DNA of 64,000 nt from Trichosphaerium sp. ATCC 40318 (taxonomy: Eukaryota; Protista; Tubulinea), in contig JALMLS010000460.1 of NCBI GenBank assembly GCA_038496445.1, forward strand, positions 1-64,000, given 5' to 3'. The position numbers and the translations under genes are program-made. Each line of letters begins with the position of its first letter. The first letter of the stretch is position 1. Below the pieces are notes generated by a model that saw only the letters and a program-made list of their open reading frames with translations, searched no databases and was not told where the DNA came from. Below are positions 12,243 through 24,776 of the stretch, piece by piece.

Positions 12243-13175
12243 ATGGAAATGCAACCGAAAAAAAACAAAGCCAAACGATGTTTCTCAGACAACTACTTAG
12301 CGATGTATCCTTTCCTAGACCATATAAACAATGATATGTTCAACGTAATCGTCAGTACGGTGCTATTAGATGAAGCACCGGCTGTAGCGCTTTTAAAAGC
12401 TACAAACAAACGTATCTATCACCGTATAGCGTCCAATCAGACTTTTACGCCTGATAAGCTTAAAGAAATCGCATTTCTTCAAATACTCAACCCTGACCGT
12501 GAAACATACCTAAAAGTACTTGAATCAGTACAGAGAGGCAAGTACAGAGTGTTTTGCTCCAATCATGGAAGAACAAGCCTTATCTCGTTTTCTTCGATTT
12601 ATGAGTCTCTATCAGCACCTAGAACATATGGTATGGGTATCAATCCAATTACTGCTATAAAAAAACTATCAGTTGACTCAGCGATTTACATGTGTTGGCC
12701 CAACAGTGTTTTTTGTAAAGACTGTATTTCTGTCCCTAGGCCTGTGTTTGGAGATGGTTATCGTACCATTGCTGCCGCACTTGTACATGATAAACATGTT
12801 TGCAGTAGACATATTAACCACAATGAAGCGTTTACTCCCCTTGTATGTGTGACATGTAGCTTGGGGGATGCTATATTTGAATGGGAAGGAAAGAACTATT
12901 GTTCGAAATGTATGATAAAAAGTCCAGTTCGTTCTTTGAAGTATATGATACATCATAATGTTGTAGAAAGCAGTCCTAGTTCATTAAGCCTTCCTGGGTT
13001 CTATAATATTGATAAGGATGATCAATTTCTTGCTGCAGAACATTTGGATGATGAAATGGAAACAAAACTTGAGGATCCTAGTAGCTTTGTGTTTTGTATT
13101 CAAAAGCTACGTGAAGACCTCTTTTACCATGATCCTTTTGATAGTTGTTGCCTGTGGATTCTTGGATGGGATTAA
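12243..13175 (+). CDS. Intronless Cys/His-rich family protein (F-box-like N-terminus, C-terminal CCLWILGWD), paralog 1
   Basis: Long ORF near-identical in its first ~125 aa to 18553-19488, with conserved FCKDC, CSRH, CVTC and YCSKC motifs. Confidence 0.75.
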   Translation: MEMQPKKNKAKRCFSDNYLAMYPFLDHINNDMFNVIVSTVLLDEAPAVALLKATNKRIYHRIASNQTFTPDKLKEIAFLQILNPDRETYLKVLESVQRGKYRVFCSNHGRTSLISFSSIYESLSAPRTYGMGINPITAIKKLSVDSAIYMCWPNSVFCKDCISVPRPVFGDGYRTIAAALVHDKHVCSRHINHNEAFTPLVCVTCSLGDAIFEWEGKNYCSKCMIKSPVRSLKYMIHHNVVESSPSSLSLPGFYNIDKDDQFLAAEHLDDEMETKLEDPSSFVFCIQKLREDLFYHDPFDSCCLWILGWD

Positions 13176-14600
13176 AACTAGAAAATAAACATTCCATTGA
13201 TACATTCCTTGTTTTTTCTTAATTTAGACACGTGAAGTTATAGAACAAATGTTTACACAGCACCAACATGTAGTAATGGTGCAAGCCAACTTAGTTGGTG
13301 TAAAGAACAACCACAAACATATGTTACCTTGGTAAAAAACAACTGCAACTGCTGTTAGGATCAACACTGGTTTATTAGTCTGATCTCCAATGCGAAAGCA
13401 ACCAAAATAAAACGGAAAACAATATAATAGGGATAACTATTAAACCTCCAATGCAGCCTCCGATACTAAGATATAGTTAGCATTACGTTCACAATACATG
13501 AGTGCTAGCAACCCTTTTCGTTTGAAAAAAGTAGCACACAAGCAAATAGGGTTGGCTTTTGGTCGGGCTGTTGCTCCACTAAAGGCAAAATCTGACCGAA
13601 AGTGCCAAGTTTTGCAAAACACGTGACAGTAAAAGCGGTCGTGCAGTTCAACATAACAACATAATTTATGTAGTAAAAATAAGGTAGTTCTTTCTTAGGA
13701 ACTGGTTGGTTGATCGTACTCTCTTTGATTAACGCCAGTTCACTCATCTCTTGGCACAAATACATAATAGCACGCAAAAAAAGGAACTCCAACAGGATAG
13801 AACACTCCAGCTAAAAAACCGTATATGCAAGGGTGTAGGATAATGCGAGAATTACACTCGCTCCAGAATGAGCGAGATGTTTGTTTGAATGGTGGAAAAG
13901 GCACAGTGTTATACGTAGGCACAGGTACTGAATATGCGCTCGTCCGCAGCACATAATATTGAGCTAGTTCAGGGTCAGGGATAGCTGTCATTTTGTGACA
14001 ATGTTTCGAAAGAGTTTGTTGACAGAGATTGACTGAGATTTTGGCCATTTGGCCTGCACTAGATTAGCAAAATACTATGTATTTTGCATGGGTGCCCATA
14101 AACGCTACTGTTTAGCAGGATGTTAATCGGAGAAGAAAACTTGTGCATAAACAATTTACAAGTAAGCGCTACCACGAGCAAACTCACAACACCAAACTAT
14201 AGTAACGCGAAAACGTCCACGGAAAAGCCAAATAAGCATCAAGCTAGTGCGGCTTGTAAACATAAATTAAAAGTGAAAACAACACGATGTAATTTGGTGT
14301 TTAAAATCACGTGTTACAAACCAGTAGATCGAGCTATTTGTACACCACAATATCAATATTCTTCTGTTAAACTAGTCAACTGTACACTTCGTACATACAC
14401 GTCATCCTACACCTGAGGATCTCAGAAAACTCGAAAATTTCAAAACCGCAAAAACAAAATTTGCTTTTTAGGCGAAATGAGAGTGTAATGTGAAACCTAA
14501 AGACGGTTTTGAGACAAGGTGCAATTTGTGCTTAAGATTACTTGTTTGAAAATAAAAAAGATGCCATAGGCACTTAAAATTGATAAGTATGAAAACTTAA

Positions 14601-15137
14601 GGGGGCACGCTGAGATGTGCAGAAATTGTTCAAATCGGCTCAAATTTTCGTGCCTATATCTTTGACATGAGGGCTTTTGAAAAACCCAACTTTTAGCGTG
14701 TGCCTTTTTGTGACGTTTTTTTGTTGCAAAAGTTTTTTTTTTCAAAAAACGACTGCATTTTTTCAATCTTTCTGTTTAAAAGCACATTTGTTCAAAACTA
14801 CGTTACCCATAGCATCTACACACATAGTACATGCTATGGGTACACTTTCAATAAAAACTCTCAATTTGAAAGCAAAAAAAAATAACGAATTTGCTCTACA
14901 CCACCTAAAATGCGTCTCCGAATGGTGCAATAGCGGACGAATAACTTTAAAAGTTGTTTCAAATCCGTGTAATTAAGGTCAAAAAGTTGAGAAAAAAAAT
15001 GACATTTCGGGCTTTGAACTCAAGTAATCAATCTACACAGTTCGCTATCATATTTTTTCAGCATTTTACGCGATTTTAGATGCGTTTAAAGCCCGAAGAT
15101 GCCCGTGGGGCTAAGGTCAATCCATTCTCAGCGTCCC
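14601..15137 (+). mobile_element. Kolobok-like MITE with TTAA TSD, copy 1
   Basis: TTAA|GGGGGCACGCTGAGA ... TCTCAGCGTCCC|TTAA. A near-identical inverted copy is at 38237-38777. TTAA target plus purine (GG) 5' termini fits Kolobok rather than piggyBac. Confidence 0.85.
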
Positions 15138-15289
15138 TTAATCTACTTCGAGGGCCTAATGCCTAACACTTAAAACTATTAGTTCATATGAATTATTGGA
15201 GAACCAAAGATCCCTCAATAGACGCAAACTGTGATACCAGATCACAGTTTACTAGGCTAGGTAAGATAATATTAGGTAAGAATTAATCA

Positions 15290-15588
15290 CAATAAAAGTG
15301 TAATTACACTCGCTGCCAATGGTCAACGAAAGTAATTGGTTCGAGGGCCTATTGTTCATTTCTTATTTACAACACACGCTATTCACATGATTTAGTATAA
15401 AGTAAGTGTAATTACACTCGCTGCCAATGGTCAACGAAAGTAATTGGTTCGAGGGCCTATAGGTACTATTCACGTGATTTAGTATAATTCACATGAATTC
15501 AGAATTTGATCATGTTCAGGTGGCACATGTTACGAGATACGCTGCCAATGGTCAATAAAAGTAATCCATTCGAGGACGTCCCCCTTAA
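15290..15588 (+). repeat. Dispersed ~55-bp direct repeats ending in a Kolobok-like terminus
   Basis: ATTACACTCGCTGCCAATGGTCAACGAAAGTAATTGGTTCGAGGGCCTAT occurs twice (~15302 and ~15412), with a diverged third copy at ~15540, followed by CGTCCCCC|TTAA. Confidence 0.7.
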
Positions 15589-15655
15589 CTATTTTCGCTT
15601 TTTAGGCTAACGCGCTCAAAAACCCTTATTCACTCAATAACACATCAAACAGGTA

Positions 15656-16768
15656 ATGCAGAATATCAAACTTGTTGTTAACGGAGATGGAGCAGTTGGT
15701 ATGTCGTAAACAGCAAAGAGGTACTCGTTAACGCTAATATGTGTTTTTTCAGGTAAAACATGCATGCTTATAAGCTATACAACCAATGCTTTCCCTAGCG
15801 AATACGGTACGGCTTATTTATCATTTTTGATGCTCATACTAGCTTAGTACCGACAGTATTCGATAATTACAGGTAATGAGGCGACTCGCTTGGAGAAAAA
15901 CCGAAAAAAAAGTGCAAAAGAAAAATTGACATTATTTTTTAGCGCAAATGTAATGGTTTCGGGCAAGCCTTTCCAATTAGGTTCGTTGTATCTTTTTATA
16001 CTTTATAACTTTCTGCATACTTGTGACTGACATTTTTTCCAAGGTTTATGGGATACAGCGGGTCCTGAGGATTACGACAGATTGAGACCTTTGAGCTATC
16101 CTGTAAGACTTACTATTTTACTTTGAATGTTTCGCTTTTTTTTGGCAGCTTGTTTTTATTAATAGATTTTCTTCTCACGTGATTTTTTTTAGCAAACTGA
16201 TGTCTTTCTTATATGCTTCAGCGTCGTATCAAAGACTAGTCTTAGTAATGTTGTTTCCAAGGTATATCTAAACCTTCAATGATCTTTCTTTGTTAGGTTG
16301 TTTTTTCTATATTATATTATTTCGGTGTTATTAATTAATGACATGTAGTGGCAACCAGAAGTGCGACATCATTGCCCAGATACACCTATTGTTCTTGCAG
16401 GTCTTAAAATGGATTTACGAACAACACTAAAGAGTGATGGAACTCCATACGATTGTATACCAAGAGAAGAAGGTGAAAAGGTCGCAAAAGAAATTGGTGT
16501 AAGTTTTTTAATGTCTTTTACTCTGCAACACACTGATTATCTGTATTAAGGCTATGTCTTATGTGGAATGTAGCGCTCTTACTCAAGATGGTTTAAAAGC
16601 AGGTATGTGTCATGAGTGGTCTTACATTCGGGTTATTTCTTCAACAAGCCATGAGTGATACTAACTTTCTGTTCCCTTGTTGTAGCGTTCGATGAAGCAA
16701 TACTCGTAGCGATGTCGAATAGTCCACACTTTAACCCTCCAGAAAAAACAAGTTGTGTTGTCATGTGA
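15656..16768 (+). CDS. Rac-like Rho-family GTPase (9 exons), CAAX = CVVM
   Basis: All introns are GT-AG. The spliced product reads [78 protein letters not shown]...GLKMDLR...[13 protein letters not shown]...CVVM*. Confidence 0.95.
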
Positions 16769-17049
16769 AATAACAGATCTTAACTACTGATCGAGGAGTA
16801 ACACATAAATTGAAACAAGTTGTGCGAAATAAACAGCTTTCTTTTACCTTTTTTGAACTGAAAGCTTATTATCTAAAGTTCTTACAAGCAGAACTTATTA
16901 TTCGTACTCTAAGTCTACACAACAAGCACTAGCTGAACGCGTTCAAGCATTGTATGAATCATCAAGCACAAATATAGTTTAACTTTGGCAGTACCCCGGT
17001 ACGATATTGGTGCTAGCACCTTGATAAAATGAACATTTAATTGGTTGTG

Positions 17050-17894
17050 TTGCTTTTTACTTCGCGTTATCTGCCTACAGTCTATCACTTACGGTGTGGA
17101 CCCATCCTCTCAGGATCCCAGTTCTAGGCGACATTATCCCTCGACAATGATGGCTCTAGTAGGTCGCTTCTTATTGAACCTGTTGAGAAGCTGACGCTCA
17201 ATTTGTAGATGTGCACCAAGTTGAACTTAATTTGATCTTCTTTGCAGTTGATGTGAAATATCTTCTTTGCTACTAGTAGTGTAACTTCAAGTACTTGAAA
17301 AGCCGGACCAAGTGAACTATACCATGCAATCAGTAATATCAAACATCCATCAAGGCAACACTTTATTTAACATCATTAATGGTACAACGTTTTAGAATTA
17401 ATACTACCGCTGCCTGAACATAGTGTAAGAGAACATTTATCCCAAGTCAGATTAAATTAAGAAAAAAATAGTACTTGGCGAAATAATGGGAACCTCTACT
17501 GCAGGCTTGGCTCCAAAGTATTTATCGCGACATCTTTTACAACAGCAAGCCCAAATACATAAACCAGTAAGAAATACAATACATATCAGTCCGAAACCAA
17601 GGTTAAAGAAAATATCAAGATCTAAAGCAAGTTAGAGTTCTTCGTACTTAGTTGTATTGCTTACTTAATGTGTTACAATTTTCATAAGTATATAAACACT
17701 TTTGCCGTTGACTAATAGCCTTTAGGAATATTTAATGACACGTGGTTGACAAACCTGCAGTAAAAACAGCCTCCAGTTTTGTAGCACGTGTTTTTTGATA
17801 GTTGGTGACAATAGGTAGTTTCATTACGTGGAACCTCCAATGAATAGCATAACCGTGCTGTAGTCAATATTACAAATACAAGTATTGTTAGCAT
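17050..17894 (-). CDS. Putative single-pass membrane protein (signal peptide, Cys-rich ectodomain, TM)
   Basis: MLTILVFVILTTA signal-like start, a C..L....C....GC.YC motif, and a later exon LGFGLICIVFLTGLCIWACCCKRC. The 3' end is approximate. Confidence 0.5.
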
Positions 17895-18119
17895 GGCGCG
17901 TCAGTATTTTGTTGAACAAAGGAATAATAAGCAAGCTTCCTAAAAATACAATAAGGTTTTCGTTGAATTCTTGAATATTAAAGTGCGTTTCGGAATATGA
18001 CACTAACTAACCTTATTGCGTATAGCACACATACGTACAATATGGAAATCTTGCGATGGCGTGCAATCAGGTACATCACATACATTAGATAAAACTACAA
18101 AATGGGTTAGGCAACGACG

Positions 18120-18280
18120 ACATGACACACGGCTTGCTGTGGACCATTTAGATTACGAAACACAAGAGAAACTGGCTGATCCTAATAGTTTTGATTCTGT
18201 ATTCAACACATAGAAACAGATGTATATTTCCATGATGGCTTTGATTGTGTTTGCCTTTGGATTCTCGGATGGGATGTGTA
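18120..18280 (+). pseudogene. 3' fragment of the Cys/His-rich family (copy of the 28205-28981 tail)
   Basis: RLAVDHLD.ETQEKLADPNSF ... CLWILGWDV*, with lesions. Confidence 0.75.
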
Positions 18281-18552
18281 AACGGTTCTGGAAAAATCAA
18301 TCTTTAATAAAGCTTTTTTCTCTAACAGTTTAAGGTCACTACTCTAATTTTAACTGCATCAAGCAAGAATGTAGTATGCATTGAATGTCTTCTTTGTTAT
18401 TAGGTGATTATTACTCTTTCCACCTTGACATATTGTCAACGCTTACAGCCTAATCAATTGCTTAAAATAACAAACACGAAAAAAACCAGAAATGTGTTTG
18501 TAACGTATTTATTATATAGTTAGTATTATCCCCAAGCAACTAGGAAGAGTAT

Positions 18553-19488
18553 TTAATCCCACCCAAGGATCCATAGGCAACAACATCTAAAAGGCTGACA
18601 ATTATAGAAGGTTTCATGTACCTTCTGAATGTAAAACACAAAGCTGTTAGGATCTGCGACTTTTGCTTTCATTTCATCATCCAAATGTTCCATAGCAAGC
18701 TCTGGATTATCTTTATCAATAGTATAAACTCCAGGTATGTTTGATTCAACATCTTCTTGGCCCTCATCCTTTTCAAAAACCTTATGATGTACAATATATT
18801 TCAATGAACGAACTGGTCCTTTTGTCATACATTTCGAACAATAGTTCTTTCCTTCCCATTCAAATATAGCATCTCCCAAGCTACAGGTCGCACATACAAG
18901 AGGAGTAAACGCTTCCTTATGGTTAATATGTCTACTACAAACATTCTTATCAAGTACACGTGCAGCGGCAAAGGTACGAAAACCATCTATTCCATCGCCC
19001 CTTAGTTCCAAACAGTCTTTACAAAAAATCGAGTTTGGCCAAGGTAAGTCCTTTTTTGTATCTTCTGATGTGATAGCAGCAATTGCGTTAATGCCCATAC
19101 CGAATAGTCTAGGAGTTGAGAGAGATTCATAAATCGAAGAAAACGAGATAAGGCTTGTTTTTTCTTGATTGGAGCAAAACACTCTGTACTTGCCTCGTTG
19201 TACTGATTCAAGTACTTTTAGGTATGTTTCACGGTCAGGGTTGAGTATTTGAAGAAATGCGATTTCTTTAAGCTTATCAGGCGTAAAAGTCTGATTGGAC
19301 GCTATACGTTGATATATACGTTTGTTTGTAGCTTTTAAAAGCGCTACAGCTGGTGCTTCATCTAATAGCACCGTACTGACGATTACATTGAACATATCAT
19401 TGTTTATGTGGTCCAGGAAAGGATACATGACTACGCAGTTGTCTGAGAAACATCGTTTGGCTTTGGTATCGTTTTGTAGCACTTCCAT
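18553..19488 (-). CDS. Intronless Cys/His-rich family protein, paralog 2
   Basis: 311-aa ORF homologous to 12243-13175, ending CCCLWILGWD. Confidence 0.8.
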   Translation of the reverse strand: MEVLQNDTKAKRCFSDNCVVMYPFLDHINNDMFNVIVSTVLLDEAPAVALLKATNKRIYQRIASNQTFTPDKLKEIAFLQILNPDRETYLKVLESVQRGKYRVFCSNQEKTSLISFSSIYESLSTPRLFGMGINAIAAITSEDTKKDLPWPNSIFCKDCLELRGDGIDGFRTFAAARVLDKNVCSRHINHKEAFTPLVCATCSLGDAIFEWEGKNYCSKCMTKGPVRSLKYIVHHKVFEKDEGQEDVESNIPGVYTIDKDNPELAMEHLDDEMKAKVADPNSFVFYIQKVHETFYNCQPFRCCCLWILGWD

Positions 19489-19841
19489 TGTAGTTTGTGT
19501 TCAAGAGTGTTTTACACGTAATGAGATGCTTCGCGATGAGTTACAGCTAATTTGTAGAGTTCCAGTTTATTTTCGTAAAGTCTGATTTTGACTAGAATTC
19601 AGAGTTTTAGCGTTTCTGTAGTACTCGTGCGTGAGGAAATTGAATACAGAGAAACACAATAGAAAAGACTTGGTACAATCTGTGAAACAGAAGCAACTTT
19701 GCGAAAAAACCAGAAATTGCAATGCCCTGATTTAGCAAAGCTAACACAACCAAGTTGGAAAAATATACATCTATTACTACACTGATATATGTACAAGATC
19801 GTTACTTGAGTAACAAGAAAAGATGAAAGAGCAACAAGGCT

Positions 19842-20600
19842 CTACACTCTAAAAGAATGTCTTCTTAGAATTTTTCTTTTTTTTTTCTTCTTCGTTTCTT
19901 CTTCCTCCTCTCTTTTTCTTTTCTTTGTTTCAAGCTTTCTGGTGATAGAAAGCTTCAAGCCTGCAATTTCGCACTCTTTAGCCTTGAGCTTCTGCTTTTG
20001 TTGGCTAATAATCGCAGTTTTTTCTCTATTATTTTTCACAAGATTTTGCATTCTGTGTTTGTTCAAATCGTTTCCCTCTGTTTTCAACGCGGTGTTGTTA
20101 CCAGTTAGCATGTTATACTCTTCTATAATTTCATTCATACAGTCTACAGAATAAAATCAGAAAGAAATGAAAGAAGACCTCAGTACGTACCTTCAATGAT
20201 GTTTCCTTGTAATTCCTTTGGAGGATTACATCTTAGAATTCTGAAGCACTTGCGGACATACTCGACAGAGTCAATAACGATTTTTGCAAGTAGAACAGTT
20301 GGTAGATCTTGAGAAAGTGGTTTTTGATCATCATGCGCAACCATGTTTCTATATCCGACCAGACACCGGATGTTCTCTGAGAATCGGAATTGGTCTCTAT
20401 AAATACCAAACTTCCGTTTGAACAGCTCCCAATTGGAACTTTTCGCCAGAAAGTTGTTCCAACCGGAAATATCTAATAAGGCTGTAATCGCCTTCCCACT
20501 CCAGATCACAGTTAGCTGTGTAAAGTAACTTATCAAAGAGATCGCATAGAACTCTCGTTACTTTCGTGAAACACGAAGAGTTTAAACTCCCAACACGCAT
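19842..20600 (-). CDS. Hypothetical protein with coiled coil and basic C-terminal tail (possibly frameshifted)
   Basis: Adjacent ORFs joined by a plausible short intron (~20146-20188), with a KKRKREEEEETKKKKKRK NLS-like tail. Confidence 0.3.
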
Positions 20601-21538
20601 TTTATGAGGCCCGAAGCGGCGATTTCCGCTCTTGTCAACAATTGAGCGTGTAAAGCTAACCAACGTTAACGAAAAGTTCAAAAAAAAAGTGACAGGTTGA
20701 AAACTAAATAAAAAATGAACACGTACTTAAAAGCCTGGAAATGGCTTCTATTCCTTTGTGTGCGTCTGTTTGGTAGGGTTTGGGGTGCCGAAACTAAAGT
20801 CGTTAATGAAACCGTTTACAAATGTTTGTAAAATGAGAGTCCAGACGTACAGGATACAGTTGGCCCAGTTGACCTCCCTTGAGCTTCTAAAAGAATCGTA
20901 AACAAAATAAACTGTGAACAATCACGTGGATATAACGTACTGCTAGACGGGTTCTTGTTATTGAATCTACTCATCTTCTTTGTTGGCACCGGAAGACGTT
21001 TCAAAGTAGTAGCTGTTGATGGCCTTTGACGAGATTTACAGGGAGTCAACCAAATTCCCATCGTTGTAAATAATGATGAAAAGCATTCACTTGGTATTAT
21101 TGTTGCTCTACGCATTATTTTCTTGTGTAGAATACAACGTAATGCTTTAATAGTTTTTTCTATTTTTTTGTTGTGCAATCTCTTTTTTAATGCACTGGTA
21201 GGATATCTCGATCACTTAAAATATGTTTTATGCAATCCAAGAGTAATTATCTATTGCTTGAGCAAGTTTTTCCAAATGTAATTAAGAAACAGTTTCAATC
21301 ACATGACGACAGATGATTGATTTTTTTGGAGAATTTTTTTTTTGCTTTTTACGCTTTTTAAAACTAGTGGTTGATTGCCTATGAATTAATTCACCCTACG
21401 GAGTAGAACGTAGTTGTAACTTGAAAAACTGAAGTGTATGAGGGCCATCCATTGCTAAAAATCGTATCATTTACAAAAACCAATGGCGTCTTTTTATTTC
21501 TCCACGACTAGTTTTGACTCACGCAATAATACACTCCA

Positions 21539-23539
21539 ATGGTACGTCCCAGCACGTGGCTTACATAAACTGTTTTAAAACGCGTGCTCATCAGTGTAAT
21601 GTAGTACAAAACAGCAGAAAACAAAATACCTGAACAAAAGAAAGTGGTCCTCATTGGTTAGCCTTTCTACTCTTTGTAATACTAACAGTAATTTAGGAAG
21701 TTGTGGTGCGGGTAAAACTGTACTTTTGCAACGCTTAACACAACACGTATTCTCGTCTTGTTACACCACTGTACATATAAAACATGTCTTCCATTAAAGC
21801 AATCGTTCTAGTTCCTTCAACGTCTATTATAAGCAATCATCGTCTCTATTTCACATCATTATTAGAATTCTATCGAGCGTCCGATTTCAACATTAGATAG
21901 GCGTCCACTTAGCAGTGAAACAACTATATTTTGATAACACTACTGTGACTCTTGCGATATATGCAAGTACTATAATTTAGAATAGAATCAAACAAAATAT
22001 CATGCAGCATTTTTTTTAACTTGTATTTGTAGGATACTGCAGGTCTGTTGTTTCAAGCGGAATTTTGCTCATTATAATTGTAGGTCAAGAGCGATTTAGA
22101 GAACTATTCCAAGTATGAAATTGAGCTGAACTGTTTACTATTTGACATCTTGTTAAACACGTTCATATTAGATGTATGCCAGAGGAGCCTTGGGGATCAT
22201 GATTTTTGTTGACATTATTGATGATCCAAGTCTTAAACACCCAATCCTATGGTGCAAAGAAATAAGCAATGTTCTATTCCCTGGCACTCAAGATCCTGTT
22301 CCTACTCTTCTTATTTTAACCAAGGTACTTCAATCAATACTCTTTCAACAGAATGCTGACAAGCAGAATAGTGTGACTTGAAACGCTACCAGGATTTCAA
22401 AAAGAGTGATGATGAAATGGATAACTTTTGTGAAGAACATGGATTCCTCACGTGGTTTGAAACATCAGCAAAGGACGATTATAATGTTTTAGAATCCTTC
22501 ATGTATATGGCCAAAGAAATACTAAAAAGAGAAGAGAATGTCATGAGTTCACATACACCTGCCATGAAGCTTCCGATAACAATTGCTGAAAGACCAACAC
22601 ATGTACCATTTTGGAGCCGTATTTTTCGACAGAAAGAAGGAAATCAGACAAAAAGGCTTGTATATGATGATAATACAAAGCAAACACTCAGTTTGGATAA
22701 ATATAGGCCACATGCTCTCCCCAAAAAACCCTCAATCATACAAAATACCACCAAGGCGCAACAGACCTACAAGGAGTCGTATCAACGCCAACCTGCCGCT
22801 GTTACAAGTCGAAGATCAGTGAAGCAAAATTCCACAGTGACACCAGTAATCAGTACAGACGACAACAGAGATAAGAAGGCCAACGCAAAAAAGATAGAGC
22901 GTGCAGAGTTGAAAGAAGATCCAAAAGAGAAGTACTTGTCAAAAGCGCTTGTAGATCCCAATCGCGATTACACCAAGTTTGGAGATGATCCTGACCATCT
23001 TGATATTATTCAAGACGCTCTTGAAGCGTTTGAAATACAGCAACACCAAAAAGACCAAAGTAATGAGGTATGCGTTAGAAAGATTTATGTAGTATCTTAT
23101 GTACTGTTTAGTCAACTGAACCAAATACCAATGACTTTCTAGTGCAAGAAAATCATCAAAATTTGATAAAAGATAAAAGTTATTCGTCCATCATAGATGC
23201 AGTATCTACAAATTCATGGATAGACAAAGATAGTTCCGTGAATGAAACAAAGGTAGCCCAACTTCAATTACTTATTACGTATCTATGTCATTTATTTAGG
23301 CAACATTCAGTCCTCCTTCAACAACTTCAACGTACCAACAGCCTAACAATGAACTTGATTGGAAAGAAAGACTTGTCAAGGTAGGCGTTGCATATGAAAG
23401 AGCACAGGAACTTGGATCATTGATGAATGAAGCTGTCATCAAGCTGACTGATATTACTGGTAGTATTTTAGAAGCGTTGGGATTCAATGCAATGGAACGT
23501 ATCACAATCATCAAAGCCAAGAAAAATATGCTACTTTAA
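21539..23539 (+). CDS. Rab-like GTPase with C-terminal extension and SAM-like domain, paralog 1
   Basis: Spliced G1 GSCGAGKT, G3 DTAGQERF, G4 TKCD, G5 WFETSAK (Rab32/38-like signature). Ends WKERLVKVG...ITGSILEALGFNAMERITIIKAKKNMLL*, with no C-terminal Cys. Confidence 0.85.
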
Positions 23540-23936
23540 TGCAACTGTTGTTTAGTACGTACAAATAAAAGAAAAATTGTTATTGCTGTTACTTTTTCTT
23601 TTTCTTGAATTGTTTTAACTTTTGGATTAGTCTTCTTAGCGCATGGATTGATCCAACAAAAAGCGCACAAGAAAAAGAACCAAAGGGGTAGGGATGCAAA
23701 TCTTCAAAAAGCATCCAGCACTAATAGTGTTGTTAGAATAGAGTTATTTCGATTTAGGTTGCCTGTTTTTATGCAGCAAAACAAACACTTTAAAACAAGT
23801 GAATACAATCATGTGTAAGACATGTGTCATAAAACCTTCAAAACATTGTATTGCACCAGGCGATAATCTAGCGGCTTACAATGACTTAATGGCTCTAAGT
23901 CGCGTGGTATTTTTTTTTATTGTCTGTACCTCTACG

Positions 23937-24776
23937 ATGAATCAAGTGTTATCACTACAAAAGCTACTAGCTGAGACATTAACGCATATTCTACGCTATT
24001 TAAACAAAAAACAGCGTATTACAGCATCTGCTGTATCGCACGTGTTTAACGACATTGTTAGACAAAATATCGGCTTTGTTGTTATCCGTGTGAAATCGCC
24101 AGCGGATTGCCTTGTTCTCAAGGGCAGTCCTCTTCTTAAAAATACTAAAATTAATTGTAAATTCTCGCAACTATCAAAGGATGACATGGCTTGTCTTTCT
24201 GGAGTTCAAGCTATAAATCTACGTGAATCAAAAATAACTGATGAAGGTATCCTTGCATTAGTACAAGGAAGTCAGTATATTCGTGAAATTAACTTGGACA
24301 ACACATAAGTGACGGATGTTTCGTTAAAAGCACTGAAAGGTGTACATACAATTTCCCTATATGGTTGTATTGATATTACTGCGGAAGGAATAGAGGCACT
24401 TAAAGATGTTCACAGCATTACAATACGAGATCCGGAAGATTCATGGCTCAAACATCTTGGCAATGTTCATAGTGTACACATAGCAGCTGGAGGGAGAATA
24501 ACAGACGTTGGGATCAAATCTTTAATAAATGTCAAGCACTTAGATATGAGCTTTTGTTATGAGATAACAGACGAAGGTATAAAGCATTTGGTTAGTCTTG
24601 AACAACTCAATTTATGGAATTGCACAAGCATTACAAACTCTTGCTTGAAGCACTTAAAGTCTCTAAAGTGCATTGAACTTCATTATAAGACTTCAATTAC
24701 GGCAAAGGCTGTTGAAGCACTTGGGATACGTTGCATCCAAGACCAATACTATAACTTGCCTTTGGTGACTAAGTAA
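23937..24776 (+). pseudogene. F-box + cysteine-containing LRR protein with one in-frame stop
   Basis: F-box LQKLLAETLTHILRYL..KQR..ASAVSH.F and repeats L..C..ITDEGI..L. TAA at 24306-24308 separates two same-frame ORFs. Confidence 0.8.

Noticed and set aside
13440-14048. Overlapping minus-strand ORFs as a gene
   Set aside because: No recognisable motif or consistent splice model. It may be a decayed gene, but that cannot be supported.
14601-15137. piggyBac assignment for the TTAA-flanked element
   Set aside because: The termini are GG...CC rather than the CC...GG typical of piggyBac.
15290-15580. CRISPR-like or tRNA/SINE-like interpretation of the spaced repeats containing GGTTCGA
   Set aside because: Only 2-3 irregularly spaced units with related spacers, no cas genes, a eukaryotic context, and no cloverleaf or proper A/B-box spacing.
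21539-23539. Assigning the gene symbol RAB32/RAB38, or calling it a Roco protein
   Set aside because: WFETSAK is suggestive, but the other motifs diverge, there is no prenylation site, and no COR, kinase or LRR domains are present.
24306-24308. In-frame TAA in the F-box-LRR gene as evidence for a TAA=Gln genetic code
   Set aside because: Many genes here end in TAA at positions homologous to TGA-ending paralogs (e.g. the SAM exons). A single nonsense mutation is the simpler explanation.
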